Source: Octopus bimaculoides
Lineage: Eukaryota
DNA: 33,535 nt
Direction of reading: 5' to 3'
Assembly (NCBI RefSeq): GCF_001194135.2
Contig: NC_068985.1
Coordinates: 65,507,655 to 65,541,189, forward strand
The translations under genes and the position numbers were made by a program. The notes beneath the pieces are model-generated. The model saw nothing but the letters and a program-made list of their open reading frames with translations, had not been told where the DNA came from and did no database searches. Position 1 is the first letter of the stretch. Every line of letters begins with the position of its first letter. Shown here one piece after another: positions 1 through 12,231 of the stretch.

Positions 1-240
1 GAAAAATCGTAAGAGGCAAATGCCTTAATTTATGACTTTTTATGTACGAGGTTCATAGCCTCAATGTGAAAATTTAATTTTAAAAAGAACAGTGTTATAG
101 AGAAGCAAAGTTCGGCGGGCGGCTTTTGCCTTCTCTCATTATACCATCATATTTATCATCCATTTCCTCTCATTAATGTTTTTGTCCAGCCCGTAGCTAC
201 TCTCTGTGTACTGCCTTTATGGCAAATTGAAATGAAATAA

Positions 241-533
241 AGTAGCTTGCTTACCAACCACATAGTCCCAGGTTCAGTCCTGCTGCATGGCATCTTGGGC
301 AAATGTCTTCTGCTATAGCCTCGGGCCGACCAAGACCATGTGAGTGGATTTAGTAAACAGAAACTGAAAGAAGCCCATTGTATATATATGTGTTTGTGTG
401 TCTGTGTTTGACCCCCCCCCACACACACACACACCACTTGACAACTGATGTTGATGTGTTTACATCCCCATAACTTAGTGGTTCAGCAAAAGAGGCCGAT
501 AGATTAAATACTAGGCTTACAAAGAATAAGTCC
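241..533 (+). mobile_element. tRNA-derived SINE family 1, partial copy
   Basis: Collinear with 8374-8750: agtagcttgcttaccaaccacat...ggttcagtcc...gtgagtggattt...aaactgaaagaagccc...ctaggcttacaaagaataagtcctg. Truncated at both ends. Confidence 0.85.
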
Positions 534-1990
534 TGTTGTAAGTGGAGGGGTGTATTGTTTTATTTTTCAGAAAAAATTTCAATGGGTGTGGTAGCTGGTT
601 CTCAACTCTATCATGTTGAGTAAAACCTATGTTTGCAAGATTAGATGGTGTTGGAAAATTTATTTAATATTGAGAAGTTGTGTAGACAGAGAATAATTAA
701 TGTCTCTTTTAAGTATAGCTTCTTTTATTATGGACCAAGCCAGTGTATATTGTATATTTTGTGATTTCCTTATAATTTCCTTTTTCAGATTATAGTGTGC
801 TAAAGATTGCTTGGACATTAGTATATCTTTTAGCTGTTTGATGGCTTCTTGGCACCTTTGTATCTAATTCCATTTTGTTCCTTTCTTTAGCAGGTAATTT
901 AATGGTGCACACAAGTTATGAACATTAGGGATGTAACTTTGGTAATAATTCACCAAACCCCAAAATGCTTGTAATGTTGCCACATTCTTTTGTGGGGGCA
1001 TATTTTTAATTGCTGATGCCCTGGTAGGATCTGGATACCGTCTCTCCCTTTCTATCTATGATTTGCTCTAAATATTTAATTTTAAGCAGAAATAAATCAC
1101 ACTTATCTGCACTCAACTTGAACCTGTATTCACTCAGTTTTTTAAATACCATTTTCACATGTTGTACATACAGACTTCTTGATTTACTCTTAATCAATAT
1201 GTCACCAAGATATGCAATTGCAAATTCAGTCTGCTAACATTGTATCCATAATCTGTTGGAAGATCGCCGGTGCGACTTTTACGCCAAGTGATAACCGGTT
1301 GTGTTTATACAGTTCTTTATGTGTGTTAATTGTTAGGTATTTAGAGCATTCATCATCTACTTCAATTTGTAGATATGCATCAGAGAGATCCAATTTAGAA
1401 AATATCTTCCCACCCCATTTAATTTTGCAAATATGTCCTCCGAAGTCAGCAGCAGATAGTTGAATGTTTTAAGTCATACGTTTAATTCAGTGGAAAAATT
1501 AGCACACTCTGATTTTATTATTCTTTTTCTTAATGTACACAGCTGATGATGCCCATTCTGAGTATTTCACTTTTTGGATAACTCCAATTTTTTCTAGTCT
1601 CTGTAAGTTTATTTGTTCTAACACTGCATATGGCACACTTCTTTTTTGGTTTAAAAATTGGCACTGCATTTTCTCAGATTTTCCTTTTGTTTATGAACAT
1701 GCACCGAGGGAATACTTTCTTTAATTCCTTTTGCAATTTGTGTTAGAACTTGTGCCTGTACCTGTTTCATTTTTGCAATAGTGGTTAATTAGTAAATCCC
1801 AGAGATCGAATTTCTCCATGCAATACATTCCAAATAGGTTATTCTTTGCTTTTATCATTCTACCTCATAAAGTCACATTGTAATTGAATTCACCTCTAAA
1901 CAATAATATTCTTCCCGATATACCTTTCACAGCTTTTGTAGTTTTCCTTAGTACTGGCTTACCTAACACACTCCATGTATTGTTATTTAA

Positions 1991-4743
1991 TCTATATTAT
2001 ATTAAAAATGAACTTCCATCTTGCTTGCAATGTTACACAGCCAAACTGGTGCATAATGGGAAAATACTATGAATTAAAGTCCTCCTGAAATGTAAATACA
2101 GACAGAATAAAACAAGTTTTACGTAAATAGAACAACTAGTTCTTGAGATATTGGAGGTTTTGGGGGGTATAAATACCCAAAACAGTGCATAATGGGAAAA
2201 TACTCTGAAAATAACTTAACCCTGAAAGGGAAGAAACTCTAACCTTTCGATTAAACACATTATGATTAGTGACTTTAACTTGCCAATGAAAAAGTACGAG
2301 TTTTTTTACACTAAATGTTTCTATTTTCACTTTTGTTAAACAATATTTTAATCATTTAGAAATATTTTTAAGTGAATGTGATTTCAAACATGTAAGTTGT
2401 TTGTACACTAAGTATTTATATTTTAGCTTTCTTTAAACAGACAATATTTTAATCTTTTAAAAAATTATTTTCAAGTGAATACCATTACAAAAATATTTTT
2501 GGCATATTTAAAAAATATTTTAAAATGAAAATGACTTTAAAAATACAGTAAATATTTCATAAAAGACGCATTTGTAACCTTGGTGTGAAATAATTTTTTC
2601 CATAGGTATTTTTCGAGTGCATTCAATGTGTCTCTCCCCAAAGATTTGGTTGCTATTTCTAGCATGCATTGCTACCACATAACAGCTATTTGTGATAAAG
2701 GACCCAAAGTACCTGTTACATGGTAGCAGGGCAGGCAAGAAGTAGCAGCAAATCTGTCTTTTTCTTTGGAAAGGAGCTGTTTATGCATGATTTCAATGTC
2801 ACACTCATTGAAAGCATGTGAAATAACCTGGCAATGAAAAAAGTACTCACAAAACAAAACCCTCTTGGTGGAAAACTCAGAGTTTCCCAGTGAAAGACAA
2901 TGGTCTGTGGAACATGGATAAAGACTTAAATACGGCAAACCTCTTCCAGCATACAAGGCTGATTGTTTGGGATGAGTGTCCTATGATTTGGAGGGAAAGC
3001 TTCGAAGCTATTTACCTTACTTTACATGACATATGCGACAGCAATGAGCCATTCAGTGGAATTTTGACAACTTGCTGTGGTGATTTCCATCTGCTTCTAC
3101 CAGTAGTGAAAAGGGGTAATGATGCAGACATGGAAAATGTTTGCATTACAAAATCATACTTATAGTGAATCTTTGAAAAATTTCAGTTGAAGACAAACAT
3201 GAGATTAAGTGAAGGAGCAGAGTACTACTTACAGTTCCTATTGGATATTGGAGAAGATAAAATCCAAAAAAATGAAAATGATGAAATTATTTTGCCAAAA
3301 GAAATGGTTCTCCAAGAAACAACTATGGAAGAATGCATTGACTTCATCTATTCCTCAATTAACAATCCAGGTGAAGTGTTTTCGAACAATTGCATCTTAG
3401 TACCTCTCAATCAAATGATGAGAAGCGTCAATTCCACCTGTATCAGATGCTTCCCTGGAGTCATAAAAGAGTACCAATCCTATAATTCTGTGAGTGATGG
3501 TGCCAATGCCACTCATTTCCTGACTGAATTCCTTGATTCGGTTGAACTATCAGGACTGCCACCGCATAAGCTGGAATTGAAAAAAGGATTGCCCATAATT
3601 CTAATGAGAAACTTGAATCCTCCAAGGCTTTGTAATGGAACGCATAAGATTGTGGAAGAACTGCATGACAATCTCATAGTAGTGAGTATCAATACTCCCG
3701 TTTTCAAAAATGAAATCATTATGATACAAAGAATAACAATTAATCTATCTGAAGGTGAGGATATCTCTTTGCACCGAAGTCAATTCCCAGTTCAATCAAG
3801 CTTTGCTATGACAAATCATAAAGCACAAGGACAAACTATGGAGAATGTCTTGATTTATCTGGAACAACCTGTATTCCAACATGGTCAACTGTATGTGGCC
3901 CTTAGGTGCAGAAAATGAAAGAATGTCAAAGTGTTTCTGAAGGATACCCAGTCAACTAAGAATGTTGTCATCAAAAGCATTCTTGCGAACAAACTGTAAC
4001 AACGTCAAAATGAGAAAATATTCCTTCTGACATCAGAACATGAAAGGAAAAGGAAAAACTAAGACAAGTGTGAATAATTTCCTTCATTTCAATGCAATGT
4101 TGAATTCAATTTCAATGTTTTTTAGCCTGAACTGTCAGTGACCCATTTATGTGTGATGTCGATGTCATATTTGTTAAAAACATGCGAAATAATCTGGAAA
4201 ACAAAAAAAAAAAAAAACCCATGAAACAAAACTCTGTTGGTGGGAAACTCGAAGGTCTCCACAACCCCTCCCCCTTTCTTTTCTGGAAGAAAGTGCCTTG
4301 CAGTGGGTTTGGAGGTGAAATATGTTGAATGCACTTGAAAAAAATCTGTGAAAAAATTCACACCGAAGTACGAATGGGTCTTTTACGAAATATTTACCCA
4401 AGATTGTGACAGGCATGTGAATAGAAGGGTCGAAGAGATTGACAAAGCAAGAGCTGAGCATCTGGCGAAACAGCAGGAAAGAGACAAAAGTAGGAGATGT
4501 CATGAATCAGATGTTCATGTGAATACAAACAGAATAAAACAAGTTTTGCATAAATCGGACTACAGGTTACCGAGATACGCGGCATATAATGGGAAAAATG
4601 CTTTGAGAGTAAGGTACCATTGAAATGTAAATACGCACAGAATAACAGAAGTTTCACATAAATTGGACCATGGATTCCTGAGATGTGCGGTCGTTTTGGG
4701 TACCTTGAACTATCGGTGACTCAATAGGTCACAGGTAGTCTAG
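1991..4743 (+). mobile_element. Non-autonomous Helitron with both termini
   Basis: 5' end TCTATATTATATTAAAAATG at 1991, preceded by A. 3' hairpin GTGAC-TCAATAG-GTCAC at 4716-4732, then CTAG at 4740-4743, followed by T. No TSD. Carries a PIF1 helicase pseudo-ORF; no Rep domain seen. Confidence 0.9.
2890..3918 (+). pseudogene. Helitron PIF1-family helicase domain (disrupted)
   Basis: ORFs 2890-3165 and 3187-3918 are in the same frame, separated by TAG TGA. Motifs: LIVWDECPM, GDFHLLLPVV, KTNMRL, LELKKGLPIILMRNLNPPRLCNGT, FAMTNHKAQGQTM, HGQLYVAL. Walker A was not found. Confidence 0.9.
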
Positions 4744-5499
4744 TATAGTTATATCACTCCCAGTATCATGCTGTAATCTGATGTTTTGTTCCATTTATTT
4801 TTATGTTTGCAAACCTTCTATATATTTCATTATCCTTATCATTTTCAGATACACCGTATACATTTTTATTGTTTTCTATATGCATCATTTTTGGATTCTT
4901 TCCTTATTTTAGTACAACAATCAGAACTTTTAAGATTTTTGAATGGACAGTCATACTGGTCATGTATTTGACCGCATCTCATGCATGGATCCACTTTGCA
5001 CTTTCTAATGTTTTCCTGTGGCCATTGTAGCCTGTATGTTTGATATGTCATATTCCTGTATTCTCTCATTGCCATGTTTAAGATTTATTAACCATTGGCA
5101 GTCTTCTGATAACTGTTGAAGAATAATTTCCTGGTTCTGTTCTATCTTAGTCTATATCCTTATGTGAATTTCCAAATCTTGTTGTACTGTTAGTCTTTGA
5201 ACGAATATCAGTCACTTAAACATATTTCGTCAAACCAAGTGGCAAATGTGACATTTTCATCTGGATTATATCTAAATTTGGTGATGGAACTTGCCAACGA
5301 ATCTGGTGTGAATGCATTTGTAGCATTTTTCATTTCCTTGAGGAGAACCTGTAAAACCTCATGTTGCTGTTTTTGCAACTCTATCATGGCTGATAGTAAT
5401 TCTTCCATGATAAACAAGATGAATTTTTTGTTCTCATGAACAAAAAATATACAATTCACAATAATTTTGAGTGAGTCTCGAACACTTCTTGTTGCCAAC

Positions 5500-5772
5500 T
5501 GTTATATTGTCAGTGACAATATATGATGTGTGTGTGTGTGTGTGTGTCAGTATATCACAGAACCAAATATAACCATATAACAATAAGCAATGTAACAAGT
5601 TGGTTATGTTATTGTAACTGTTTGTACCATAACAATCCAATTCTCAAATGCTGAATCAATAACGAGACTAATGCTCTCACAATTCAACCTCATATCTACT
5701 GGCTCATCTATTTGTAAGACTTGTCCAGTCCACTGATAGTCGTGTGTGGGGGTATCAGTTTACTCCACAACA
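5500..5772 (-). repeat. 5' LTR of Gypsy 1
   Basis: Minus strand starts TGTTGTGGAG and ends ATATAACA (TGTT...AACA termini). It is followed directly by the PBS-like G-TTGGCAACAAG and then gag. Contains a (CA)n/(TG)n tract. Confidence 0.75.
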
Positions 5773-6244
5773 AAATATCTATTGCTGCTACTTATTAAAA
5801 GAAAATTGTGTGTGTGTGTGTGAACTTAATTTGAAGAAAGTCTTTTAGACCAAGGAATAAGTATTAGTAAATAGGGTCATTATGTTCGTGTGTGTTGACC
5901 TGATTACAAACACTAATGTTTTATGACTGTCCTTTTCCCAAATTTTCCCAAATGCTCAGTTGGATCTGTTACACAGGAGATATGGAATCCTGTAATAGTC
6001 TGTACCATACTTCTCTGGCTCTACTAACTTGTGACTTATGGATTTCATAATTTGTCTCTATATAGAAAGCACTATAAGTGTTTATGTCTTAATGATCTCA
6101 AATCTTTTTCTCTTTTCAGTGATTACCAATATGATTTTCTCAGAGCCAAATTCATTAAAGGTTTTTACTAGTTGCCTATTGGATTGTCAGATGAATTCAT
6201 TCATTTTTTTTTTCACCTACTTATTTTAATCTCTGTTTTTCATC

Positions 6245-6655
6245 ATCAGCTTTAACAAATCAGTCATTAATATAGTCTCCTTCATTGCACATTCCAATAG
6301 CTTGTGAATGTCTTAACTCAAGGTTTTGCTTGTTTGTCAGGCCTCAACTGTTCTTTTTTTCTGCATCATACAAATGTAAAGACACCATTTTTCATTGATC
6401 TTGACAATGCATTAAAGAAATCTCTATTTGTATCCATGTGAAGTGTGATGTCAAGTGAGCAAACTAATGGTGATAGAGGAGCACTCGAATTTGTCTCTTT
6501 TGTTCAGCAGATGTGCTGCTACTCATGGACTGCTAACAATATTGTTTAGATTCTTATGGCAGGGTTCATGGTTATAGTTCATCACCATTCTATATTGTAA
6601 ATCCATAGTTGCATTCCAGTCAAACTGGTTTTTACATGGTGATATATAAGACAAG
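6245..6655 (-). mobile_element. Mariner transposase remnant
   Basis: Minus-strand translation ...SP*VAAHLLNKRDKFECSSITISLLT*HHTSHGYK*RFL*CIVKINEKWCLYI... resembles the mariner WVPHEL...FLxRIVTGDEKWxxY segment. Heavily decayed. Confidence 0.6.
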
Positions 6656-7149
6656 GTGTAAATAATGGTCATTTTATATTTGTCTTTTATTAGAGTAAAT
6701 TTGCATTACAGCTGTTTCCACTTTACATTATAGGTACATTACTGATAGGTTTATTCAGTTGGTCTATTGATCAGTTGAAAAAACTTGCACGACCCCAAAA
6801 ATTAATGTTATTTTGTCAGAGCCATTTCTGGCTATAACAAAGAAGGGTATGTGCATGGAGGAGAGAGGAAAAGAAAAGGGAAAAGGCAAGTGGAATAGAG
6901 ATAATGAAGAAAAGGAAGACAAGTTACAATAAGGTAAAGAGAAGGAAAGGAGAGAGGAAGGGATTGATATGAGGAGGGGGAAAGGATGGCTGAAATTTGG
7001 GAAAAGGACAGTTATAAAACATTAGTGTTTGTAATCAGGTCAACACACATGAACATATTTGCATTGTTTTTTGGGTTAGATATTCTCCAAATTTACGTTT
7101 ATGAATTAGTGTTGCAAGATTCCTGATGTGAAACTGTGTGTTGAAACAG

Positions 7150-7586
7150 ATACTGTTGTATTTCGGGATGGTCATTTTTTTTTTTTTTTTTTGCCAAATA
7201 AACACTATATATTTGTTCTTCACTTGTTTATTACTGTTCTTATTTTAACTCGTGTCCACTGTCCAGAAATCTTTTGTCACATAACTGTGACCGCTTCAGT
7301 GGCACTTTCTCTCCTTATGCGTGTTCCTGCTCCGCTTAGTCCATTCTTTTCTTCTATGATATGTATGATACACATCATAAAAGAACACAATGAACTAAGT
7401 GGAGCAGGAGCACACATGAAGATGGGAAGTATCACTGAAGAGGTCACAGATGTATGATGAAATTTTCTGGACAATGGACATGAGTTGAATAAGAACAGTA
7501 ATAAACGAGTGAAGAATGAATATATAGTGAGTGTGTTTATTTGGCCAAAAGGAAAACAAAATGACCATCTCAAAATACAACAATAT
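7150..7586. repeat. Long imperfect palindrome / foldback (MITE-like)
   Basis: The left arm atactgttgtatttcgggatggtcat...gctccgcttagtccatt...tatgat is the approximate reverse complement of the right arm atcata...aatgaactaagtggagc...atgaccatctcaaaatacaacaatat. Innermost pairing is TATGAT-ACAC-ATCATA (7364-7379). Confidence 0.9.
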
Positions 7587-7667
7587 TCTCCAAATGTTGT
7601 GTTGAAATTTGATATGGGCCATTTACACACATAGTCAACTTAAGCCTTTAATATTTGGTTATTGGTC

Positions 7668-7875
7668 TGGGAGAAACATTAGCACGCTGGATGAAATGCT
7701 TAGTGGTATTTCGTCTGTCTTTATGTTCTGAGTTCAAATTCCGACGAGGTCGACTTTGCTTTTCATCCTTTCGGAGTCAATAAATTAAGTACCAGTTGCA
7801 TACTGGGGTCGATTTAATCAACTGGCCACCCACCCCAAATTTCAGGCCTTGTGCCGAGAGTAGAAAAGAGTATTT
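7668..7875 (+). mobile_element. tRNA-derived SINE family 2
   Basis: Collinear with 27804-28035: gaaacattagcacgctgg...gaaatgcttag...ttctgagttcaaattcc (B-box-like)...cgactttgcttttcatcctttc...aagtaccagtt...ctggggtcgat. Confidence 0.85.
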
Positions 7876-8373
7876 GGTTATTGGTGCTATCAAGCATAGT
7901 AGGGGAATTGTATTAGAAAAGAGATGAAATATCAGTAGTAATCATATTGTGATGTGGAGGTTGAGAAAGCTTTTGTTTGCTAGGATATAAAATACTGATA
8001 GATTGAGAGATGTGAGGCTAAAATGAGATAAAGTCAAACTAAGTTATTTAAAGTCAAATAACTTTTGAAGTGGGATATAATTTCAAATTAAAACCATTAA
8101 AGGAGTTTAAAAAAATTAAACCATTAAATAGATTACAAATTAAAATTTGAACTAAAATTAAAATATATAAATTTAACATCAAAGCAAACTAAAAATTAAA
8201 AGAATTTTACAAAATAAAAGGTAAACTAAAACAATAATGATGATGATGACGATGATGACTGTAACAATAATACTAACAAAAATAATAAAATAAAAATAAT
8301 AAATACATGAAATAAAATTTTAAAAATTTAAATATTGTAAAATTTAATGAAATAAAATGCATATACATATATA

Positions 8374-8750
8374 GGCACAGAAGTGGCTGTGTGATAAGAA
8401 GCTTGCTTCCCAACCACATGGTTCTGGGTTCAGTCCCACTGTGTGGTACCTTGGGCAAGTGTCTTCTACTATAGCCTTGGGCTGACCAAAGCCTTGTGAG
8501 TGGATTTGGTAGATGGAAGCTGAAAGAAACCCGTTGTATATATATATGTATATATATATATATGTATTTGTGAGTCTGTGTTTGTCCCCCACTATTGGTG
8601 TTGGTGTGTTTACATCCCTGTAACTTAGTGGTTTGGCAATAAGTACTAGGCTTACAAAGAATAAGTTCTGGGGTCGATTTGTTTGACTGAAGGCAGTGCT
8701 CCAGCATGGCCACAGTCAGAATGACTGAAACAAGTAAAAGAATAAAAGAA
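8374..8750 (+). mobile_element. tRNA-derived SINE family 1, near full length
   Basis: A-box-like TGGCTGTGTGATAAG, B-box-like GGTTCAGTCCC, internal (TA)n tract, conserved tail ...ccagcatggccacagtcagaatgactgaaacaagtaaaagaataaaagaa. Three other copies in the window. Confidence 0.9.
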
Positions 8751-8832
8751 TATATATAAAATTAGGTAATTTGCATTTATCTCTTAGGCATCATACCCAT
8801 CCCAACCAATCTTTCTCACTGTAGTGTTAAAG

Positions 8833-9190
8833 TTATCTAGGGAACCTGCTGAAGGATTTATTATAGAAATGCTTACAGTGTTTCACTAATTCCTGCGTAC
8901 AGTTAATAAGAGACTCCTCTAGGCAAAGTTCACATCTACTTCTTCCTATTCCATATGGTTTTGTTCGACTTAAGATTAACCATTTTAGTTCATATTCTGT
9001 CTTTTTGTCCCTAAGTTGCCATATTAGCTTGCTAAGTGGAGTCATGTTTTCCTTTTGTGTTTGAATGACAAGATGTTGTAATAACAGAGCTTAAATGTCA
9101 TTGCACAACATCCTAAAGAATTGTTAATTTTATTCCAGGTTACTACTGCACATTTATAGACTATCTTCTTTTCTAGACATGATTTATATA
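8833..9190 (-). mobile_element. Penelope-like element remnant (GIY-YIG endonuclease C-terminus)
   Basis: Minus strand reads KSCLEKKIVYKCAVVT...SLGCCAMTFKLCYYNILSFKHK, then LSKLIWQLRDKKTEYELKWLILSRTKPYGIGRSRCELCLEE. This matches the C-terminus of Penelope/Poseidon-type ORFs as I know them. Confidence 0.7.
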
Positions 9191-10166
9191 TATTTCAGTG
9201 TTTGTTTGGGTGAGATAATCTTTGACTGAGTAATTGTCTTTTTGAAACTACTCCTTCTGCCAAATACTTAATTTTTTCAAATTAACAAGCAGAATTATGA
9301 GCTTTGTCCAAAAGAGCAATGTAGTAACTTTTGTAAGATTTGAACTTAAAATTATGAGATCGATTGTCAATCTTTATGCTTTTTTCTTTACATTGATCTA
9401 TTTGTTATCATTGTATGCACTGTATTATTCTTCGCCTTCTCTTTCTTCATTCAGAACTTATGTACAGAAATCTCAATACTTGTTAGCAGATATGCATAAC
9501 CTCTATAAGCAGATATCCCAGAAACACCCTTCAATAGAGACATTACAACCTTGTCATTCATCAACACCAAACAGACCACATAATATCCACAGCTTCAGAC
9601 CTTCCCTACTCTTCATCAAGATATAGCTAAAAATTTTTGTCTTTACAAATGCTATACTTTGCTGCCTCTGGTGATCTTTTCTCCCCCTCCACCCCCATGT
9701 CTAGGCCTATCAACCAACCAATTACAAACCAGAGGTTGCAACACAAATGCTGATGTTTTTCAGACCTAAAAAAATATATCAGTCCTGAAAAGTTTCAGAA
9801 ATATATGCTAAAGAAAAATTATTAATTCATTATGTTGGCCATCACATGCTTAAACCATGTCCTCCTCCTCCTACTGCTGCTGTTGTGGCCTCTATTCCTT
9901 TAAATTTGGTTGTATTATAGATTATCTATCTAAACTTACTTATCTATCTTATCTGTTACTTCTATCTTTTGCCACTTAAATCTGAACAGCTTCCATCTTC
10001 CTAACTACATTTCTCCCTATGTTACTCTCTATGTTTCTACTCATCAACTAAATAGCAAAGCTCCCTACTCCACTTCAAAGAGATTGGGAAAGCTATTGGT
10101 ACTGCCTTTTCAGCTGACATTTAATTTTATACAAAAATACATATTGAACAATTATTTTCACAACAG

Positions 10167-10234
10167 GTGTTTTATGGAGACATTTGGAACCTATCCCTGG
10201 AGCGTCAGATACTGTTAAAAAGTTGAAGAAACTG
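10167..10234 (+). CDS. PGP: Internal coding exon A of a HAD-IIA phosphatase (PGP / glycerol-3-phosphate phosphatase-like)
   Basis: Acceptor attattttcacaacag|GT, donor CTG|gttagt. 68 nt, starts in phase 1 and reads (G)VLWRHLEPIPGASDTVKKLKKL. This matches the GVLW...PGA segment just after HAD motif I (DxDG). It joins the next exon in frame. PGP versus its paralogue PDXP cannot be fully resolved. Confidence 0.9.
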
Positions 10235-12088
10235 GTTAGTTTTTTTTTTTTTGTTTTTCCTAGCAATTTTTTTTACATCACTGACAAGTGAATTTGAATG
10301 ATTGTTCCTTGGAAGCACCTAAAAAGTTATATTGTTGGGATTTGGTTTTATTCCAGTTATTAGTTTTCTTATGAAGCTGCTAAATAATAATTAGACAGTT
10401 ACCATCATAATAAGTTCAGTAGAAATGCCAGTTTTATGTTATAGTAATTATTGTTTATCATCACACTGTGATATAGAATATACTGTACAATGGAGACAAG
10501 TACAGTTTGAATATGAAAAAAAAACACTTTTTGCCTCATCATTTTCATGACAAAATAAATAGTTTCTGAGGAAAATTATTATCATTTGAAAGTTCATATC
10601 ATATCCCTCAGACACCCTGGTATTTCCACACATTTATAAAGTTTATCCTGTGTTTTTTTACTGCTGAATGATAGCCCTCATTCTAGTTCAATGCATTTAA
10701 GCGCTATAACTCGAGTTGTGTTAAAAATCATACTGTCATGAAGAGGAAGGTTTTTTTCCTTTATTTTGATATAAAAATTAATGGGAGTAGGTCAGATAAT
10801 TGTTAAAAGTTAAAATTTCATTGTTAATTTTCACTTAGAAAAGGACATATTTTCAAGATTTTTATATCATTAAGAAAAAGAAAAATTTCTCACAAACTCA
10901 ATGTTGTCATTGCTAAATTTGGCTACTGCATGGCAAAAAACCATAAACTGAGTAAAGAGGGTGATACATTGACCCTACTTTCCAAACTGACATATTTGCA
11001 CATTGCAAGAGGTCAAATAGAACACAAATCGAAGGTTTCAAATATTGAGTTTGAGCCGGAATTTCAAGAAATGGATGAACTAATTACTAAGTAATTACAA
11101 AAAATGCACTAAATTGAGTTTAATATGTCTTCTAGACCCCAAACTTAGCATGAAATCATTGTATTGAGAATGCTGTTTATTCCCTCATGCTGTTTTGATG
11201 TGGAGAGCCACTAGGCAAACCTAACAAATATTCTTGTACATGTAAATTTCGTTTTTCTTTGAGAAATATTGGTCAAATTCCACCAATCAAAATTATACTG
11301 TGCAATGAATATAATTTTGTAGACTATTAAAGTCAGATGTGATGTTTTGGGTTTTTTTTTTTTTCCCCCTATTTCAAATACAGTTGGGATAATTTGAGTC
11401 ATTTTGGGGTTTTTTTTCTCTCTCTCCTCTACTAACAAGTTTGTTGTAAGTTACAGATGTTGTTAAAGCCTTAATTTATGTTTAAAGCAAGGAATTAATT
11501 TTCACATTTTGTTTGTTTTTTTAATCTAGGTATACATGCAATTCTGAGAAAGGGTTGAGAGATGTGCTAGAAACAACAACTAAATCTCCCTTAAATCATA
11601 CATCTTTTCTTCAAAAATATTTTCAAAATTTTTATTTTTTATTTTTTACTGAGAAGGCTTCACCCATCGTTTTAAGTGCAATGGGTAAACAAAATTGGCT
11701 GAAATCAGTCCAGAGATGGGTGGCGGTGGAAAGAAATCATAAATTAAAAAAAATATTTTTCAAAGACCATGATGCAAAAATAAAAAAAATGGAAAAATCC
11801 CCGTCAAAATGGAAAAAATCCAATTTATGCGGGTATCCTGATCCAAAACTCCCCCATTTATAGCCATTTTTAATACTTCATTAAAATTTTATTGAAATGG
11901 TGTCATGTCCCAAAATCTCATGATTTATTTACCTCCATACCTATCAGACTGAGTAAAAAGTAAGCAACGTTTTGAAACATGAAATTCATCACAATATATT
12001 TCAACAATGCAGTTCTATATTTAAGAGATGAGAAATTATGTACATTATTTACATTTGATGGATATTTGTCTTCATCTTGTTTGTTGTT

Positions 12089-12134
12089 AATACAATGTTT
12101 CAGCTGATATACACTCCAGCCTTCATCAGGTGTC
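12089..12134 (-). ncRNA. Minimal type I hammerhead motif, degenerate (SINE copy A)
   Basis: GACAC CTGATGA A GGCTG GAGTGTATAT CAGCT GAAA CATT GTATT. Core CUGAUGA/GAAA, 5-bp stem II, stem I with one mismatch, stem III ACAU (probably ACGU after CpG decay). Confidence 0.65.
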
Positions 12135-12188
12135 TTGGGAAATTTTGAACCTGGATTCTCATTCCTAAGGTATTTTTCGATGTTGTTG

Positions 12189-12231
<43 letters not shown>

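Larger units (their letters stand above)
740..5772 (-). mobile_element. Ty3/Gypsy LTR retrotransposon 1 (decayed, 3'-truncated, interrupted by a Helitron at 1991-4743)
   Basis: On the minus strand: LTR 5500-5772, PBS-like TGGCAACAAG, gag (MEELLSAMIELQKQQ...FRYNPDENVTF), CCHC knuckle CMRCGQIHDQYDC, protease DTGSD, RT (KIFSKLDLSDAYLQIEV; AYLGDILI; KLSADKCDLF) and RT-RNaseH linker (LLKKGTKWN*IQRCQEAIKQLK). Many stops and frameshifts. The low-coordinate boundary is approximate. Confidence 0.9.

Noticed and set aside
2890-3918. Cellular PIF1 gene
   Set aside because: No introns, in-frame stops, no Walker A, and enclosed by Helitron termini.
6840-7010. Polypurine tract as a regulatory element
   Set aside because: Simple GA-rich low-complexity sequence with no further support.
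156-8713. ORFs 156-437(-), 8273-8713(-) and similar 60-150 aa ORFs as protein genes
   Set aside because: They are antisense or off-frame translations of SINE family 1 and recur wherever the SINE does.
1-10166. First PGP exon with the DxDG motif
   Set aside because: I searched by eye for a ...GAY TGY GAY G|gt donor and found none convincing. It is probably upstream of the window, though a manual miss is possible.
10690-11940. Possible DNA-transposon/MITE sequence between exon A and the mariner
   Set aside because: It looks repeat-like, but no TIR pair, TSD or coding motif could be established.
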